From: Streptosporangiaceae bacterium
Lineage (GTDB): Bacteria; Actinomycetota; Actinomycetes; Streptosporangiales; Streptosporangiaceae
Assembly: GCA_036496025.1 (NCBI GenBank)
Contig: DASXLW010000080.1
Location: 7,397-71,396 of the forward strand
Direction of reading: 5' to 3'
DNA length: 64,000 nucleotides
Shown in pieces: positions 19,201 through 28,488 of the stretch (its first letter is position 1; each line of letters begins with the position of its first letter). Made by a program: the position numbers and the translations under genes. The notes below the pieces were generated by a model. That model ran no database searches, was not told the DNA's origin, and saw nothing but the letters and a program-made list of their open reading frames with translations.

Positions 19201-19216
19201 GTAACCTGCCGGAAAC
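19201..19216. promoter_or_regulatory. Candidate GlnR box half-site (GTAAC-N6-GAAAC)
   Basis: gtaac ctgccg gaaac lies 56-71 nt upstream of the glutamine synthetase start, in the nadE / glnA divergent region. It matches the published gTnAc-n6-GaAAc a/b-site pattern. Only one a/b pair is seen. Confidence 0.3.
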
Positions 19217-19271
19217 ACCGGCCGGGCAGACTAGGTGGCCCAGAGCAGCTAGCGGTGCGTCGGACTCGAAG

Positions 19272-20642
19272 GTGAAGGCCGTGGACAGGCAAGAGGAATT
19301 CGTGCTCCGCACGCTCGATGAGCGCGACATCCGGTTCGTCCGGCTGTGGTTCACCGACGTGCTCGGCTACCTGAAGTCGGTCGCGGTCGCGCCGGCTGAG
19401 CTCGAAGGAGCATTCGCGGAGGGAATCGGCTTCGACGGGTCGGCGATCGAAGGGTTCGCCCGGGTCTACGAGGCGGACATGATCGCCAAGCCGGATCCCG
19501 CGACCTTCCAGCTGCTGCCGTGGCAGGGGGAGTCGCTGGGCACCGGCCGCATGTTCTGCGACATCCTGATGCCGGACGGATCGCCGTCCTACGCCGACCC
19601 ACGGTGGGTCCTCAAGCGCGCGCTCGGCCGGGCGTCCGATCTCGGATTCACCTTCTACACCCACCCGGAGATCGAGTTCTTCCTGCTCAAGGAGAAGCCC
19701 GAGCCGGGGACGAAGCCGCAGCCGATCGACTCCGGCGGCTACTTCGACCACACCCCGCACATCATCGCCCACGACTTCCGGCGCACCGCGATCTCGATGC
19801 TGGAGTCGATGGGCATCTCGGTGGAGTACAGCCACCACGAGGGAGCGCCGGGCCAGCAGGAGATCGACCTGCGCTACGCGGACGCGCTCACCACGGCGGA
19901 CAACATCATGTCGTTCCGGCTGGTGATGAAGGAGGTGGCGATCGAGCAGGGCGTGCACGCCTCGTTCATGCCCAAGCCGTTCACCGACCATCCCGGCTCG
20001 GGCATGCACACGCACATGTCGCTGTTCGAGGGCGACCGGAACGCCTTCTACGAACCCGGCGCCGAGTTCCAGCTGTCCAAGCTGGGCCGCTGCTTCATCG
20101 CCGGGCTGCTCAGGCACGCCGCCGAGATCACCGCGGTGTGCAACCAGTGGGTGAACTCCTACAAGCGGCTCTGGGGGGAGGCCGCGGCGACCGCGGGCGC
20201 GGGCGGCGAGGCGCCGGCCTACATCTGCTGGGGGCACAACAACCGCTCAGCGCTGGTCCGGGTGCCGATGTACAAGCCGCAGAAGGCCAACGCCACCCGG
20301 GTCGAGTTCCGCTCGCTGGATTCGGCGTGCAATCCCTACCTGGCGTACGCGCTGATTCTCGCGGCGGGCCTGAAGGGCATCGAGAACGACTACGAGCTGC
20401 CGGAAGGCGCCGAGGACGACGTGTGGGCGCTCACCCCGGCCGAGCGGCGCGCGCTCGGCATCGGCCCGCTACCGCAGAGCCTGGACGAGGCGATCAACGC
20501 CATGGAGCACAGCGAGCTGGCTGCCGAGACGCTGGGCGAGCACGTCTTCGACTTCTTCCTGCGGAACAAGCGGGCCGAATGGCACGAGTACCGGCGCCAG
20601 GTCACCCAGTACGAGCTGGACCGCTACCTGCCCGTGCTGTAG
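19272..20642 (+). CDS. glnA: Type I glutamine synthetase (GlnA2-like paralogue)
   Basis: The segments ..IRFVRLWFTDVLG.., ..GSGMHTHMSLF.. and ..NRSALVRVP.. are present. An alternative start is GTG 19281 (MDRQEEF). Confidence 0.9.
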   Translation: MKAVDRQEEFVLRTLDERDIRFVRLWFTDVLGYLKSVAVAPAELEGAFAEGIGFDGSAIEGFARVYEADMIAKPDPATFQLLPWQGESLGTGRMFCDILMPDGSPSYADPRWVLKRALGRASDLGFTFYTHPEIEFFLLKEKPEPGTKPQPIDSGGYFDHTPHIIAHDFRRTAISMLESMGISVEYSHHEGAPGQQEIDLRYADALTTADNIMSFRLVMKEVAIEQGVHASFMPKPFTDHPGSGMHTHMSLFEGDRNAFYEPGAEFQLSKLGRCFIAGLLRHAAEITAVCNQWVNSYKRLWGEAAATAGAGGEAPAYICWGHNNRSALVRVPMYKPQKANATRVEFRSLDSACNPYLAYALILAAGLKGIENDYELPEGAEDDVWALTPAERRALGIGPLPQSLDEAINAMEHSELAAETLGEHVFDFFLRNKRAEWHEYRRQVTQYELDRYLPVL

Positions 20643-20745
20643 AGCCGGCGAGCCGCCCGGCGGCGCACCCCGGCGGGCGGCGAGCTAGGGTCGAGGCGAC
20701 CCGTGACCCGGCACGGGAAACCGTCATCAACCTGTGGGACCGTCC

Positions 20746-21285
20746 ATGAACACCTATGACTTCACCGTCAAGACCGCCGACGGCGGCACCCAGGACCTGC
20801 GTGACTACGCCGGCCAGGTGCTACTGATCGTCAACGTGGCCAGCGAGTGCGGCTTCACCCCGCAGTATGCGGGCCTGGAGGCGCTGTATCGCGACCGCAA
20901 GGACCGCGGCCTGCAGATCCTCGGCTTCCCGAGCAACCAGTTCGGGGCGCAGGAGCCGGGCAGCGATGCCGACATCCAGCAGTTCTGCACCGCGACCTAC
21001 GATGTCACGTTCCCGGTGTTCGGCAAGATCGAGGTGAACGGCCCCGGCGCTGACCCGCTGTATGCCTACCTGCGCGCCCAGGCGCCCGGAGACTTCGGCC
21101 CGGCCGCCGGCATGCTGTACGACCACGTGCGCGACACCCGGCCCGAAGCGATCGGTACCGACGAGATCAAGTGGAACTTCACCAAGTTCGTCGTCGACCG
21201 GACCGGGCAGGTCACCGGGCGCTACGAGTCCACGGTTACCCCTGAGGATCTGCGTCCCGATCTGGACGCCCTGCTCGCCGCCTGA
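20746..21285 (+). CDS. Glutathione peroxidase (Cys-type)
   Basis: ATG 20746. The segments VNVASECGFT, FPSNQFGAQEPG and WNFTKF are present. Confidence 0.9.
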   Translation: MNTYDFTVKTADGGTQDLRDYAGQVLLIVNVASECGFTPQYAGLEALYRDRKDRGLQILGFPSNQFGAQEPGSDADIQQFCTATYDVTFPVFGKIEVNGPGADPLYAYLRAQAPGDFGPAAGMLYDHVRDTRPEAIGTDEIKWNFTKFVVDRTGQVTGRYESTVTPEDLRPDLDALLAA

Positions 21286-21430
21286 ACCGTCGGCGCTGCC
21301 GCCCACGCCGGGGTCAGCCTGGGCTGGCGAGCGGTCAGGAGGCAGGCCGGGCGCGGAAGGACGAGGGCGGGAAAAGCGTTAGATCTCGAGGACCTTCTCC
21401 GGCCATCCTGGCCGTGTTCTTAGTGCCGCT

Positions 21431-24400
21431 GTGGAGACCGCAACCTTGACCCCCTCGCTTTCCGCGCTGCGAGAGCGCCTGCCTGCGCTCATGCCGCTCG
21501 ATCAGCGCAGGCTCGGCCGCCGCGCCGACCGCGCGGCGGCGCTGCGCGATGCCGCTGCCCGGCAGCGCGCGCTCGCCGGGATCGAGACCGAGCTGGAAGC
21601 GGCGGCGGCCCGGGTGGAAAAGCGCCGCCAGGCCGTGCCCGTCATTAGCTATCCCGCCGAGCTGCCGGTCAGCCAGCGCAAGGACGAGATCGCGGCGGCT
21701 ATCCGTGACCATCAGGTAGTGATCATCGCGGGCGAGACCGGCTCCGGCAAGACCACGCAGCTGCCCAAGATCTGCCTCGAACTCGGCCGCGGCATAACCG
21801 GCCAGATCGGCCACACACAGCCCCGGCGGATCGCCGCGCGCACCGTGGCGGACCGGATCGCCGCCGAGCTCGGCACCGAACTCGGCGGGGCGGTCGGGTA
21901 CAAGGTGAGGTTCACCGACACGTCCAGCGACAGCACGCTGATCAAGGTGATGACCGACGGGATCCTGCTGACCGAGCTGCAGCGCGACCGGGAGCTGCTG
22001 CGCTACGACACCCTCATCATCGACGAGGCGCACGAGCGCAGCCTCAACATCGACTTCATCCTCGGCTACCTGAAGCGGCTGCTGCCGAGCCGGCCCGACC
22101 TCAAGGTCATCGTCACCTCCGCCACCATCGACCCCGGGCGGTTCAGCCAGCACTTCTGGGATGCGCCGGTGATCGAGGTGTCCGGGCGCACCTACCCGGT
22201 CGAGGTGCGCTACCGGCCGCTCGCCGACCCGGACCACCCCGATCGCGAGCCCAGGGACCAGGTACAGGGCATCGGCGACGCGGTGGACGAGCTCACCGCC
22301 GAGGGCCAGGGCGACATCCTGGTCTTCCTGTCCGGCGAGCGGGAGATCAGGGACACGGCCGAGGCCCTGGGCGGCCGGCCGAACCTGGAGGTGCTGCCGC
22401 TGTACGCCCGGCTGTCGGCCGCCGAGCAGCACCGGATCTTCGACCCGCACCAAGGCCGGCGGGTGGTGCTGGCCACCAACGTCGCGGAGACCTCACTGAC
22501 CGTTCCCGGCGTCAGGTACGTGATCGACGCGGGTACCGCGCGGATCTCCCGGTACGGCCAGCGGGCCAAGGTTCAGCGGCTGCCGATCGAGCGGATCTCG
22601 CAAGCCTCAGCCGACCAGCGCAAGGGCCGGTGCGGGCGCACCGCCGACGGCATCTGCATCCGGCTCTACAGCGAGGAGGACTTCGCCTCGCGCCCGCCCT
22701 TCACCGACCCGGAGATCCTGCGGACGAGCCTGGCCTCGGTCATCTTGCAGATGGCGGCGCTCGGCCTCGGGGAGATCGGCGACCTCCCGTTCATCGACCC
22801 GCCGGAATCGCGCAACGTCGCCGACGGCGTCCGGCTGCTCGAAGAACTCGGTGCGCTCGCGCCGGGTCGCGGTGCGTCCCGGCTCACCGACGTGGGGCGG
22901 AAGCTGGCCCGGCTGCCGCTGGACCCCCGGCTGGGCCGGATGATCCTGGAGGCCGGCCGGCAGGGCTGTGCCAGCGAGGTGCTGATCATCACGGCGGCGC
23001 TGTCCATCCAGGATCCCCGGGAGCGGCCCGCGGACGCCCGCGAGGCGGCCGACGCCATGCACGCGCGGTTCTCCGAACCGGGATCCGATTTCCTCTCCCT
23101 GCTCACCCTCTGGGATTACCTGCGTGACCGGCAGCGTGAGCTGTCCGGGTCCGCGTTCCGGCGCCTGTGCCGCCGCGAGTACCTGCACTACCTGCGGGTG
23201 CGGGAATGGCAGGACGTGCACGGCCAGCTCCGCCAGGCGGCGCGCGACGTCGGCATCACCGCCGGGCCGGGGCGGACGGCGCGCGCGCCGGCGGGGGAGC
23301 AGCCGGGGCAGAGGAAGAAGAAGGCGCCTAACGGTGGTGGCCCGGACGCCGCGGCCGCGCGCCCGCGGCGCGGCGAGGCCAAGCCGGAGGGCCGCGTCCC
23401 TGGGGAGATCGCGGACCGGGTGCACATCTCGCTGCTGTCCGGCCTGCTGTCGCACATGGGGATGCAGGACACCCAGCGGCCGCAGGGAAAACGCCGGGGT
23501 CCGGCCGAGTTCGCGGGCGCCCGGGGCACCCGCTTTGCCCTCTTTCCCGACTCGTCGCTGGCCAGGAAGCCACCGCAGTGGGTCATGGCGGCGGAGCTGG
23601 TCGAGACCTCCCGCCTGTGGGGCAGGACCGCTGCCGCGATCAAGCCCGAGTGGGCCGAGCCGCTGGCGGCGCACCTGGCCAGACGCAGCTACAGCGAACC
23701 GCGCTGGGACGCCAGGCGGGGCGCGGCGATGGCCACCGAGAAGGTCAGCCTGTACGGGCTGCCGATCGTGGCGGCGCGGCCGGTCGGCTACGCGACCATC
23801 GACGCGGCGGGCGCCCGGGAGCTGTTCATCCAGCACGCCCTGGTGGAGGGGGACTGGCAGACCCACCACGGGTTCTTCCACCGCAACCGGGAACTGCTGG
23901 ACGACGCCGCGGATCTGGAGCGCCGGGCCAGGCGGCGCGGCATCGTGGTCGATGACGCCGCCCTGTTCGACTTCTACGACCACCGGATCCCCGCCGACGT
24001 GACGTCGGCGCGGCATTTCGACGCGTGGTGGAAGAAGGCCCGGGCCAGCGAGCCCGAGCTGCTCACCTTCTCCGCCGATGACCTCGTCGGACCTGCCGTC
24101 GAGGAGATCCGCCCGGCCGACTACCCCGATGCCTGGGGCGGGCTCCCGCTGTCGTACGAGTTCGCCCCCGGCGAGCCCGACGACGGGGTGACCGCGGATG
24201 TCCCGCTGGCCCTGCTCAACCAGGTCAGCGGCGACGAGCTCGGCTGGCAGGTGCCCGGATTGCGCGAGGAACTGGTGACCGAGCTGATCCGGTCGCTGCC
24301 CAAGCCGCTGCGCACCGCCTTCGTGCCCGTCCCTGACACCGCCCGCACCGTCCTGGCCCGGCTGGGATCGGTGCACGGGGATCTGCTGGACGCGCTGGCG

Positions 24401-25447
24401 GCCGAGCTCGGCCGGATCGGCGGGGTGAAGATCCCGCGGGACGCGTGGGACCCGTCGCGGCTGCCCGCGCACCTGAGGATGACGTTCCGCGTGCTCGACG
24501 GCGACCGGGTGCTCGCCAGTGGCAAGGATCTGGCCGCGCTGCGGCGGCAACTACGGCCGCGGCTGGAGGCGGCGCTATCGGACGCGGCCGGCGATATCAC
24601 CCGCGCCGGTCTGACCGACTGGACGCTCGGCGCCCTGCCCAGGGTCTTCAGGCACGGGCAGGTCCGCGCCTACCCGGCGCTGGCCGACGCCGGAAGCGCG
24701 GTCGATGTCCGGCTGTTTCCGACCGAAGCCGAGGCCAGCGAAGCGATGCTGCGGGGCACGCGCCGGCTGCTGCTGCTCCGGGTGCCCTCGGGTGTCCGGT
24801 CCATCGCCGGGCGGCTGCCGCCCCAGGCCAAGCTGGCTATGAGCTCGCACCCGTACCCAAGCGCGGCCGCCCTGCTCGACGACTGCGCGGCCTGCGCGGC
24901 CGACGCCGTGATCGCCGAGTCCGGCGGCCCGGCGTGGGATGCCGCGGGGTTCGCGCGCCTGGTGGATGCGGCGCGGTCATCGCTCGCCGTCATCACGGCC
25001 GAGGTGGTCGAGATCGTCGCGCGGGTTCTCGCGGAGGCGCACGAGGTCCGGACGAGGCTGGCGCAGGCCGGCGGCCCGGCCGCGGCGCTCGACGACATGC
25101 GCGCCCAGTTCTCCGCGCTGATCTACCCCGGGTTCGTCGCCGAAACCGGGCTGCGGCGGCTGCCCGACCTCGTCCGTTACCTGAGGGCCATCATCCGCAG
25201 GCTGGACAAGATGGCGGAGTCGGTGGCGCGCGACGCAGAACGGATGGCGGTCGTGCACCGGGTCACGGACGCTTACCAGCAGGCGCTGCGCGAGCTCGGC
25301 GAGCCGGCCCGGTCCGGCGACGACGCGGCCGCGATCCGCTGGATGATCGAGGAGCTGCGGGTCAGTCTGTTCGCCCAGACACTGGGCACCCCGGAGCCGG
25401 TGTCGGAGAAGAGGATCCGGGCCGCCCTGGACCGGCTGGCCGCCTGA
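21431..25447 (+). CDS. hrpA: ATP-dependent RNA helicase HrpA (DEAH-box)
   Basis: 1338 aa. GETGSGKTTQLPK, DEAHERS, SATID and TNVAETSLT are present, with a long HrpA-specific C-terminal region. Confidence 0.9.
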   Translation: METATLTPSLSALRERLPALMPLDQRRLGRRADRAAALRDAAARQRALAGIETELEAAAARVEKRRQAVPVISYPAELPVSQRKDEIAAAIRDHQVVIIAGETGSGKTTQLPKICLELGRGITGQIGHTQPRRIAARTVADRIAAELGTELGGAVGYKVRFTDTSSDSTLIKVMTDGILLTELQRDRELLRYDTLIIDEAHERSLNIDFILGYLKRLLPSRPDLKVIVTSATIDPGRFSQHFWDAPVIEVSGRTYPVEVRYRPLADPDHPDREPRDQVQGIGDAVDELTAEGQGDILVFLSGEREIRDTAEALGGRPNLEVLPLYARLSAAEQHRIFDPHQGRRVVLATNVAETSLTVPGVRYVIDAGTARISRYGQRAKVQRLPIERISQASADQRKGRCGRTADGICIRLYSEEDFASRPPFTDPEILRTSLASVILQMAALGLGEIGDLPFIDPPESRNVADGVRLLEELGALAPGRGASRLTDVGRKLARLPLDPRLGRMILEAGRQGCASEVLIITAALSIQDPRERPADAREAADAMHARFSEPGSDFLSLLTLWDYLRDRQRELSGSAFRRLCRREYLHYLRVREWQDVHGQLRQAARDVGITAGPGRTARAPAGEQPGQRKKKAPNGGGPDAAAARPRRGEAKPEGRVPGEIADRVHISLLSGLLSHMGMQDTQRPQGKRRGPAEFAGARGTRFALFPDSSLARKPPQWVMAAELVETSRLWGRTAAAIKPEWAEPLAAHLARRSYSEPRWDARRGAAMATEKVSLYGLPIVAARPVGYATIDAAGARELFIQHALVEGDWQTHHGFFHRNRELLDDAADLERRARRRGIVVDDAALFDFYDHRIPADVTSARHFDAWWKKARASEPELLTFSADDLVGPAVEEIRPADYPDAWGGLPLSYEFAPGEPDDGVTADVPLALLNQVSGDELGWQVPGLREELVTELIRSLPKPLRTAFVPVPDTARTVLARLGSVHGDLLDALAAELGRIGGVKIPRDAWDPSRLPAHLRMTFRVLDGDRVLASGKDLAALRRQLRPRLEAALSDAAGDITRAGLTDWTLGALPRVFRHGQVRAYPALADAGSAVDVRLFPTEAEASEAMLRGTRRLLLLRVPSGVRSIAGRLPPQAKLAMSSHPYPSAAALLDDCAACAADAVIAESGGPAWDAAGFARLVDAARSSLAVITAEVVEIVARVLAEAHEVRTRLAQAGGPAAALDDMRAQFSALIYPGFVAETGLRRLPDLVRYLRAIIRRLDKMAESVARDAERMAVVHRVTDAYQQALRELGEPARSGDDAAAIRWMIEELRVSLFAQTLGTPEPVSEKRIRAALDRLAA

Positions 25448-25452
25448 CCGGG

Positions 25453-26106
25453 TTAAGGCTGGGGTGCGTCCGGCCCGGGCCGCGTTCCGTCGGTGGTCCC
25501 GTCAGCGGTGCCGCCAGTGGTCCCGGCGGCGGTGCCGCCAGTGGTCCCGGGGGCGGTCGCGTCGGCGGTGCCGTCAGCGGTCCCGGCGGCGGTGCCGTCA
25601 GCGGTCCCGGCGGCGGTCGCGTCGGCGGTGCCGCCAGTGGTCCCGGCGGGAACCAGGCGGATCACCGGCAGCGAGCGGTCGGTCTTGGTCTGGTACTTCG
25701 CGTATCGGGGCTGGGCGCTGGTGATCCGCTGCCAGGCCTCCTCGCGGCGCGGGCCGTCGAGCTGCTCGGGTGTCACCTGGAGCTTGCGGTCAGGAAGCTC
25801 GATCCACACCTGGTCCGGGTGCGCGGCCATGTTCAGGTACCAGGCCGGGTTCTTGGCCGTGCCGCCGGCCGACGCGACGATCAGCCACGCGTCGTCGCCG
25901 TCGGCGAACCATGACACCGCGTTTTCGTGCTGCTGCCCGGACTTGCGCCCGGTCGTGGTGAGGAAGAGCAGGTCCATCCCCTGGAACTTGTAGCCCGAGC
26001 GGCGGTGCCGGTTGCCCGCTATGCGGTACACCCACTTGGCGATCGGACTGGACGCGCCCGGCATCCGCACTCCCTTGGTGCCGGCGGGGGTATCTAGGCT
26101 CATCAT
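25453..26106 (-). CDS. Deazaflavin (F420H2)-dependent nitroreductase family protein (Ddn-like) with a Thr/Gly/Ala/Asp repeat tail
   Basis: ..LLFLTTTGRKSGQQHENAVSWF..WLIVASAGGTAKNPAWYLN.. is present. The C-terminus is TTGGTADATAAGTADGTAAGTADGTADATAPGTTGGTAAGTTGGTADGTTDGT. Start is uncertain (26106 or 26103). Confidence 0.8.
   Translation of the reverse strand: MMSLDTPAGTKGVRMPGASSPIAKWVYRIAGNRHRRSGYKFQGMDLLFLTTTGRKSGQQHENAVSWFADGDDAWLIVASAGGTAKNPAWYLNMAAHPDQVWIELPDRKLQVTPEQLDGPRREEAWQRITSAQPRYAKYQTKTDRSLPVIRLVPAGTTGGTADATAAGTADGTAAGTADGTADATAPGTTGGTAAGTTGGTADGTTDGTRPGPDAPQP
25489..25650. repeat. 60-bp-period tandem repeat (about 2.7 copies, built from 24+24+12-bp subunits) encoding the C-terminal tail of the Ddn-like protein
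   Basis: Sequence lines 25501, 25561 and 25621 are nearly identical column by column (gtc[a/g]gcggtgccg[c/t]cag[t/c]ggtcccggcggc..). Confidence 0.9.
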
Positions 26107-26273
26107 CGGCCTCCTCATGCTGTTTAACAGCGGCCGGGTCACGGGGTGTTACTGGCCCGGCCCTTCCAGCGTAGTCACCGTCATCCTGGCCCGCCCGCTG
26201 GCCCGTGATCCGTTAACGGGGAGCATTGGCAGCGCTATCACGCGCCTGATGTTTCCCCCTCTCGGCTGCGCCC

Positions 26274-27233
26274 TCACGCCGCCGCGGCGCGGCTCCGGAA
26301 CATCCGCTGGTACTCGTGCGGGGTGACCTGATGGACCCGGGCGAAGTGCGTGCGCAGCCGGTGCGCCGAACCGAAGCCGCACCGGGAGGCGATCCGGTCG
26401 ATGGTGTCGTCGGTGTTCTCCAGCAGGTCCTGCGCGCGCCGGACGCGCTCGCGGCACAGCCATTGCAGCGGCGTGGTGCCGGTCGCCTGGCGGAACCGCC
26501 GCGCGTAGGTGCGCGGGCTCATCGCCGCCTGCCGGGCCAGGTCCTCGACCGTCAGCGGCAGCTCCAGGTGGCCCCTGGCCCAGTCCAGCGAGGCACCCAG
26601 GCCCGGGGCGGCGGCCAGCAGCGGCTGCTCGATGTACTGCGCCTGGCCGCCTTCGCGGTGCGGGGGCACGACCAGGCGGCGGGCGAGCATGTTCGCGATC
26701 CGGGTCCCGTGGTCTTGCCGCACGATGTGCAGGCACAGGTCCAGCCCCGCCGCGGACCCGGCGGAGGTGAGGATCTGCCCGTCGTCGATGTACAGCACGT
26801 TGGGTTCCACCCGGACCGCAGGCCAGCGCCGGGCCAGTTCGGCCGCGTGCATCCAGTGCGTGGCTGCGGGGCGCCCGTCGAGCAGGCCGGCGGCGGCCAG
26901 GGTGAAGGCGCCGGTGCAGATCGAGGCGATCCGCGCCCCGCGGTCGTACGCGGCGCGCAGGGCCTGAAGCAGCGCGGCGGGCGGATCACCCTGCCGGTCG
27001 GCACAGGCCGGGACGATCACCGTCTCCGCCTGGCTGAGCTCCCGCAGCCCGGCCTGGCCGTCGAAGCGCAGCCCCTCGGCGGTGCGCACCGGCCCGTCCT
27101 GGACCGCGCAAAGCTGCAGGTCGTACCACCAGGGCACGGGGAAGTCCCGGCGGCCGGGCTCGAAGACCTCGCAGGGGATGGCCAGCTCGAACATCGGCAT
27201 GCCGGGGGTGACGGGAATGGCAATCCGGTGCAT
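26274..27233 (-). CDS. GlxA-family transcriptional regulator (DJ-1/PfpI-like domain plus AraC HTH)
   Basis: ..ASICTGAFTLAAAGLLDGRPATHW.. (DJ-1 nucleophile elbow) is followed by a C-terminal AraC-type HTH (..IDRIASRCGFGSAHRLRTHFAR..). Confidence 0.85.
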   Translation of the reverse strand: MHRIAIPVTPGMPMFELAIPCEVFEPGRRDFPVPWWYDLQLCAVQDGPVRTAEGLRFDGQAGLRELSQAETVIVPACADRQGDPPAALLQALRAAYDRGARIASICTGAFTLAAAGLLDGRPAATHWMHAAELARRWPAVRVEPNVLYIDDGQILTSAGSAAGLDLCLHIVRQDHGTRIANMLARRLVVPPHREGGQAQYIEQPLLAAAPGLGASLDWARGHLELPLTVEDLARQAAMSPRTYARRFRQATGTTPLQWLCRERVRRAQDLLENTDDTIDRIASRCGFGSAHRLRTHFARVHQVTPHEYQRMFRSRAAAA

Positions 27234-27234
27234 G

Positions 27235-27265
27235 GCAGAAATCTACCCTAAGTTGTCGTTTCTGC
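27235..27265. promoter_or_regulatory. 7-bp inverted repeat GCAGAAA-N17-TTTCTGC in the GlxA / EamA divergent promoter region
   Basis: gcagaaa is at 27235-27241 and tttctgc at 27259-27265, in a locally AT-rich stretch. Confidence 0.3.
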
Positions 27266-27303
27266 CACTGGGCGCGGTATCGCCGCCCGGCGACGATGGA
27301 CGT

Positions 27304-28488
27304 ATGACCTACGACGCCGCTGTCGACAGGCGTAGCCAGGTGCTGAGCTGGATCGCGCTCGGGGTCGTCTACGTGGCCTGGGGATCGACCTACCTGGCCA
27401 TCCGGGTGGGGGTGGGGCACCTGCCGCCGTTCTTCCTGGCCGGCATCCGGTACATGATCGCGGGCACGCTGCTGTATCCCGTCGCCCGGTGGGCGGGCGC
27501 CCGCGGCCGCGAGCCCGGTGAGGGCAGTGCGAGGCCGGGCTGGAAAGCGTGGTTCGCCGGCGCCGTGATCGGCATCCTGCTGCTGTTCGCCGGGAACGGC
27601 GGCGTAACCGTGGCGGAGACCACGCTGCCCTCCGGACTGGCCGCCGTGCTGGTGGCCACCGTGCCGCTGTGGATGATCGTCTTCGCCTGGCCGGTGCAGG
27701 GCCAGCGCGTCACCTGGCGCTCCGCGGCCGGCCTGGTGACCGGGCTGGCCGGCGTGGCGATCCTGGTCGGCGGCACCGCGGGCGGCCGCCTGTCCGGCGT
27801 GCTGATCGTGCTCGGCGCGGCGGCGGCCTGGGGGTTCGGGTCGGTGCTGGGTCACCGGCTGCCGCTGCCGCGCCAGGCGATGCTGGCCGCGGCCATCGAG
27901 ATGCTGGCCGGCGGCGCGGTGCTGCTGGCCGTGGCGGCCGGCACGGGGGAGTTCGGCCGCATCCGGTGGGCCTCGGTCCCGGCGTCGTCCTGGCTCGCGC
28001 TGGCCTACCTCGTCCTCGCCGGCTCGATCCTGGCCTTCACCGCCTACGGCTACGCCCTGGCCCGCCTGCCCCTGCCCACCGTGTCGACATATGCCTATGT
28101 CAACCCGGTCGTCGCGGTGCTGGCCGGGATCGTGGTGCTGGGCGAGCGATTCACCTGGCGGGAAGGCCTGGGCGCGGCCCTCGTGATCGCCTCGGTCGTC
28201 ATCATCCTGCACCGGTCCCGCGCCACGTCGCGGGCGGCCAACCGGGCGCGCGTGCCGGGGCTACGGCGAGCCCGGCCGGCCGGCGAGCTCGGCCACCTCG
28301 GCGACCGCGGCCGCGAGCGCGCCCGGCTCCCCGGTGTCCACCGTCACCAGCGGCGCCTCCAGGCCGAGCGGGGTGACGGTGGCCGCGAGTTCGCCCACCC
28401 GCGCCAGCATCCGGGAGGGATTGATCACGTCGCGGTGAATGGGGTGACGGCTGACGCCGTGCCTGTAGCGCGCCCGGCTGACCGCTAG
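27304..28488 (+). CDS. EamA/DMT-family transporter with an unusually long Arg-rich C-terminal tail
   Basis: ATG 27304. About 10 TM segments end near ..ALVIASVVIILHRSR (about aa 300). The frame stays open for another 95 or so aa, antisense to the next gene. Confidence 0.75.
   Translation: MTYDAAVDRRSQVLSWIALGVVYVAWGSTYLAIRVGVGHLPPFFLAGIRYMIAGTLLYPVARWAGARGREPGEGSARPGWKAWFAGAVIGILLLFAGNGGVTVAETTLPSGLAAVLVATVPLWMIVFAWPVQGQRVTWRSAAGLVTGLAGVAILVGGTAGGRLSGVLIVLGAAAAWGFGSVLGHRLPLPRQAMLAAAIEMLAGGAVLLAVAAGTGEFGRIRWASVPASSWLALAYLVLAGSILAFTAYGYALARLPLPTVSTYAYVNPVVAVLAGIVVLGERFTWREGLGAALVIASVVIILHRSRATSRAANRARVPGLRRARPAGELGHLGDRGRERARLPGVHRHQRRLQAERGDGGREFAHPRQHPGGIDHVAVNGVTADAVPVARPADR

Noticed and set aside
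22607-24550. 647-aa minus-strand ORF inside hrpA
   Set aside because: It is a shadow ORF opposite a helicase with all DEAH motifs intact. The sequence is Arg/Pro/Gly-rich junk.
26986-28212. 408-aa minus-strand ORF opposite the EamA transporter
   Set aside because: The product is a hydrophilic Arg/Gly/Pro-rich translation with no motif. The EamA frame gives regular TM helices.
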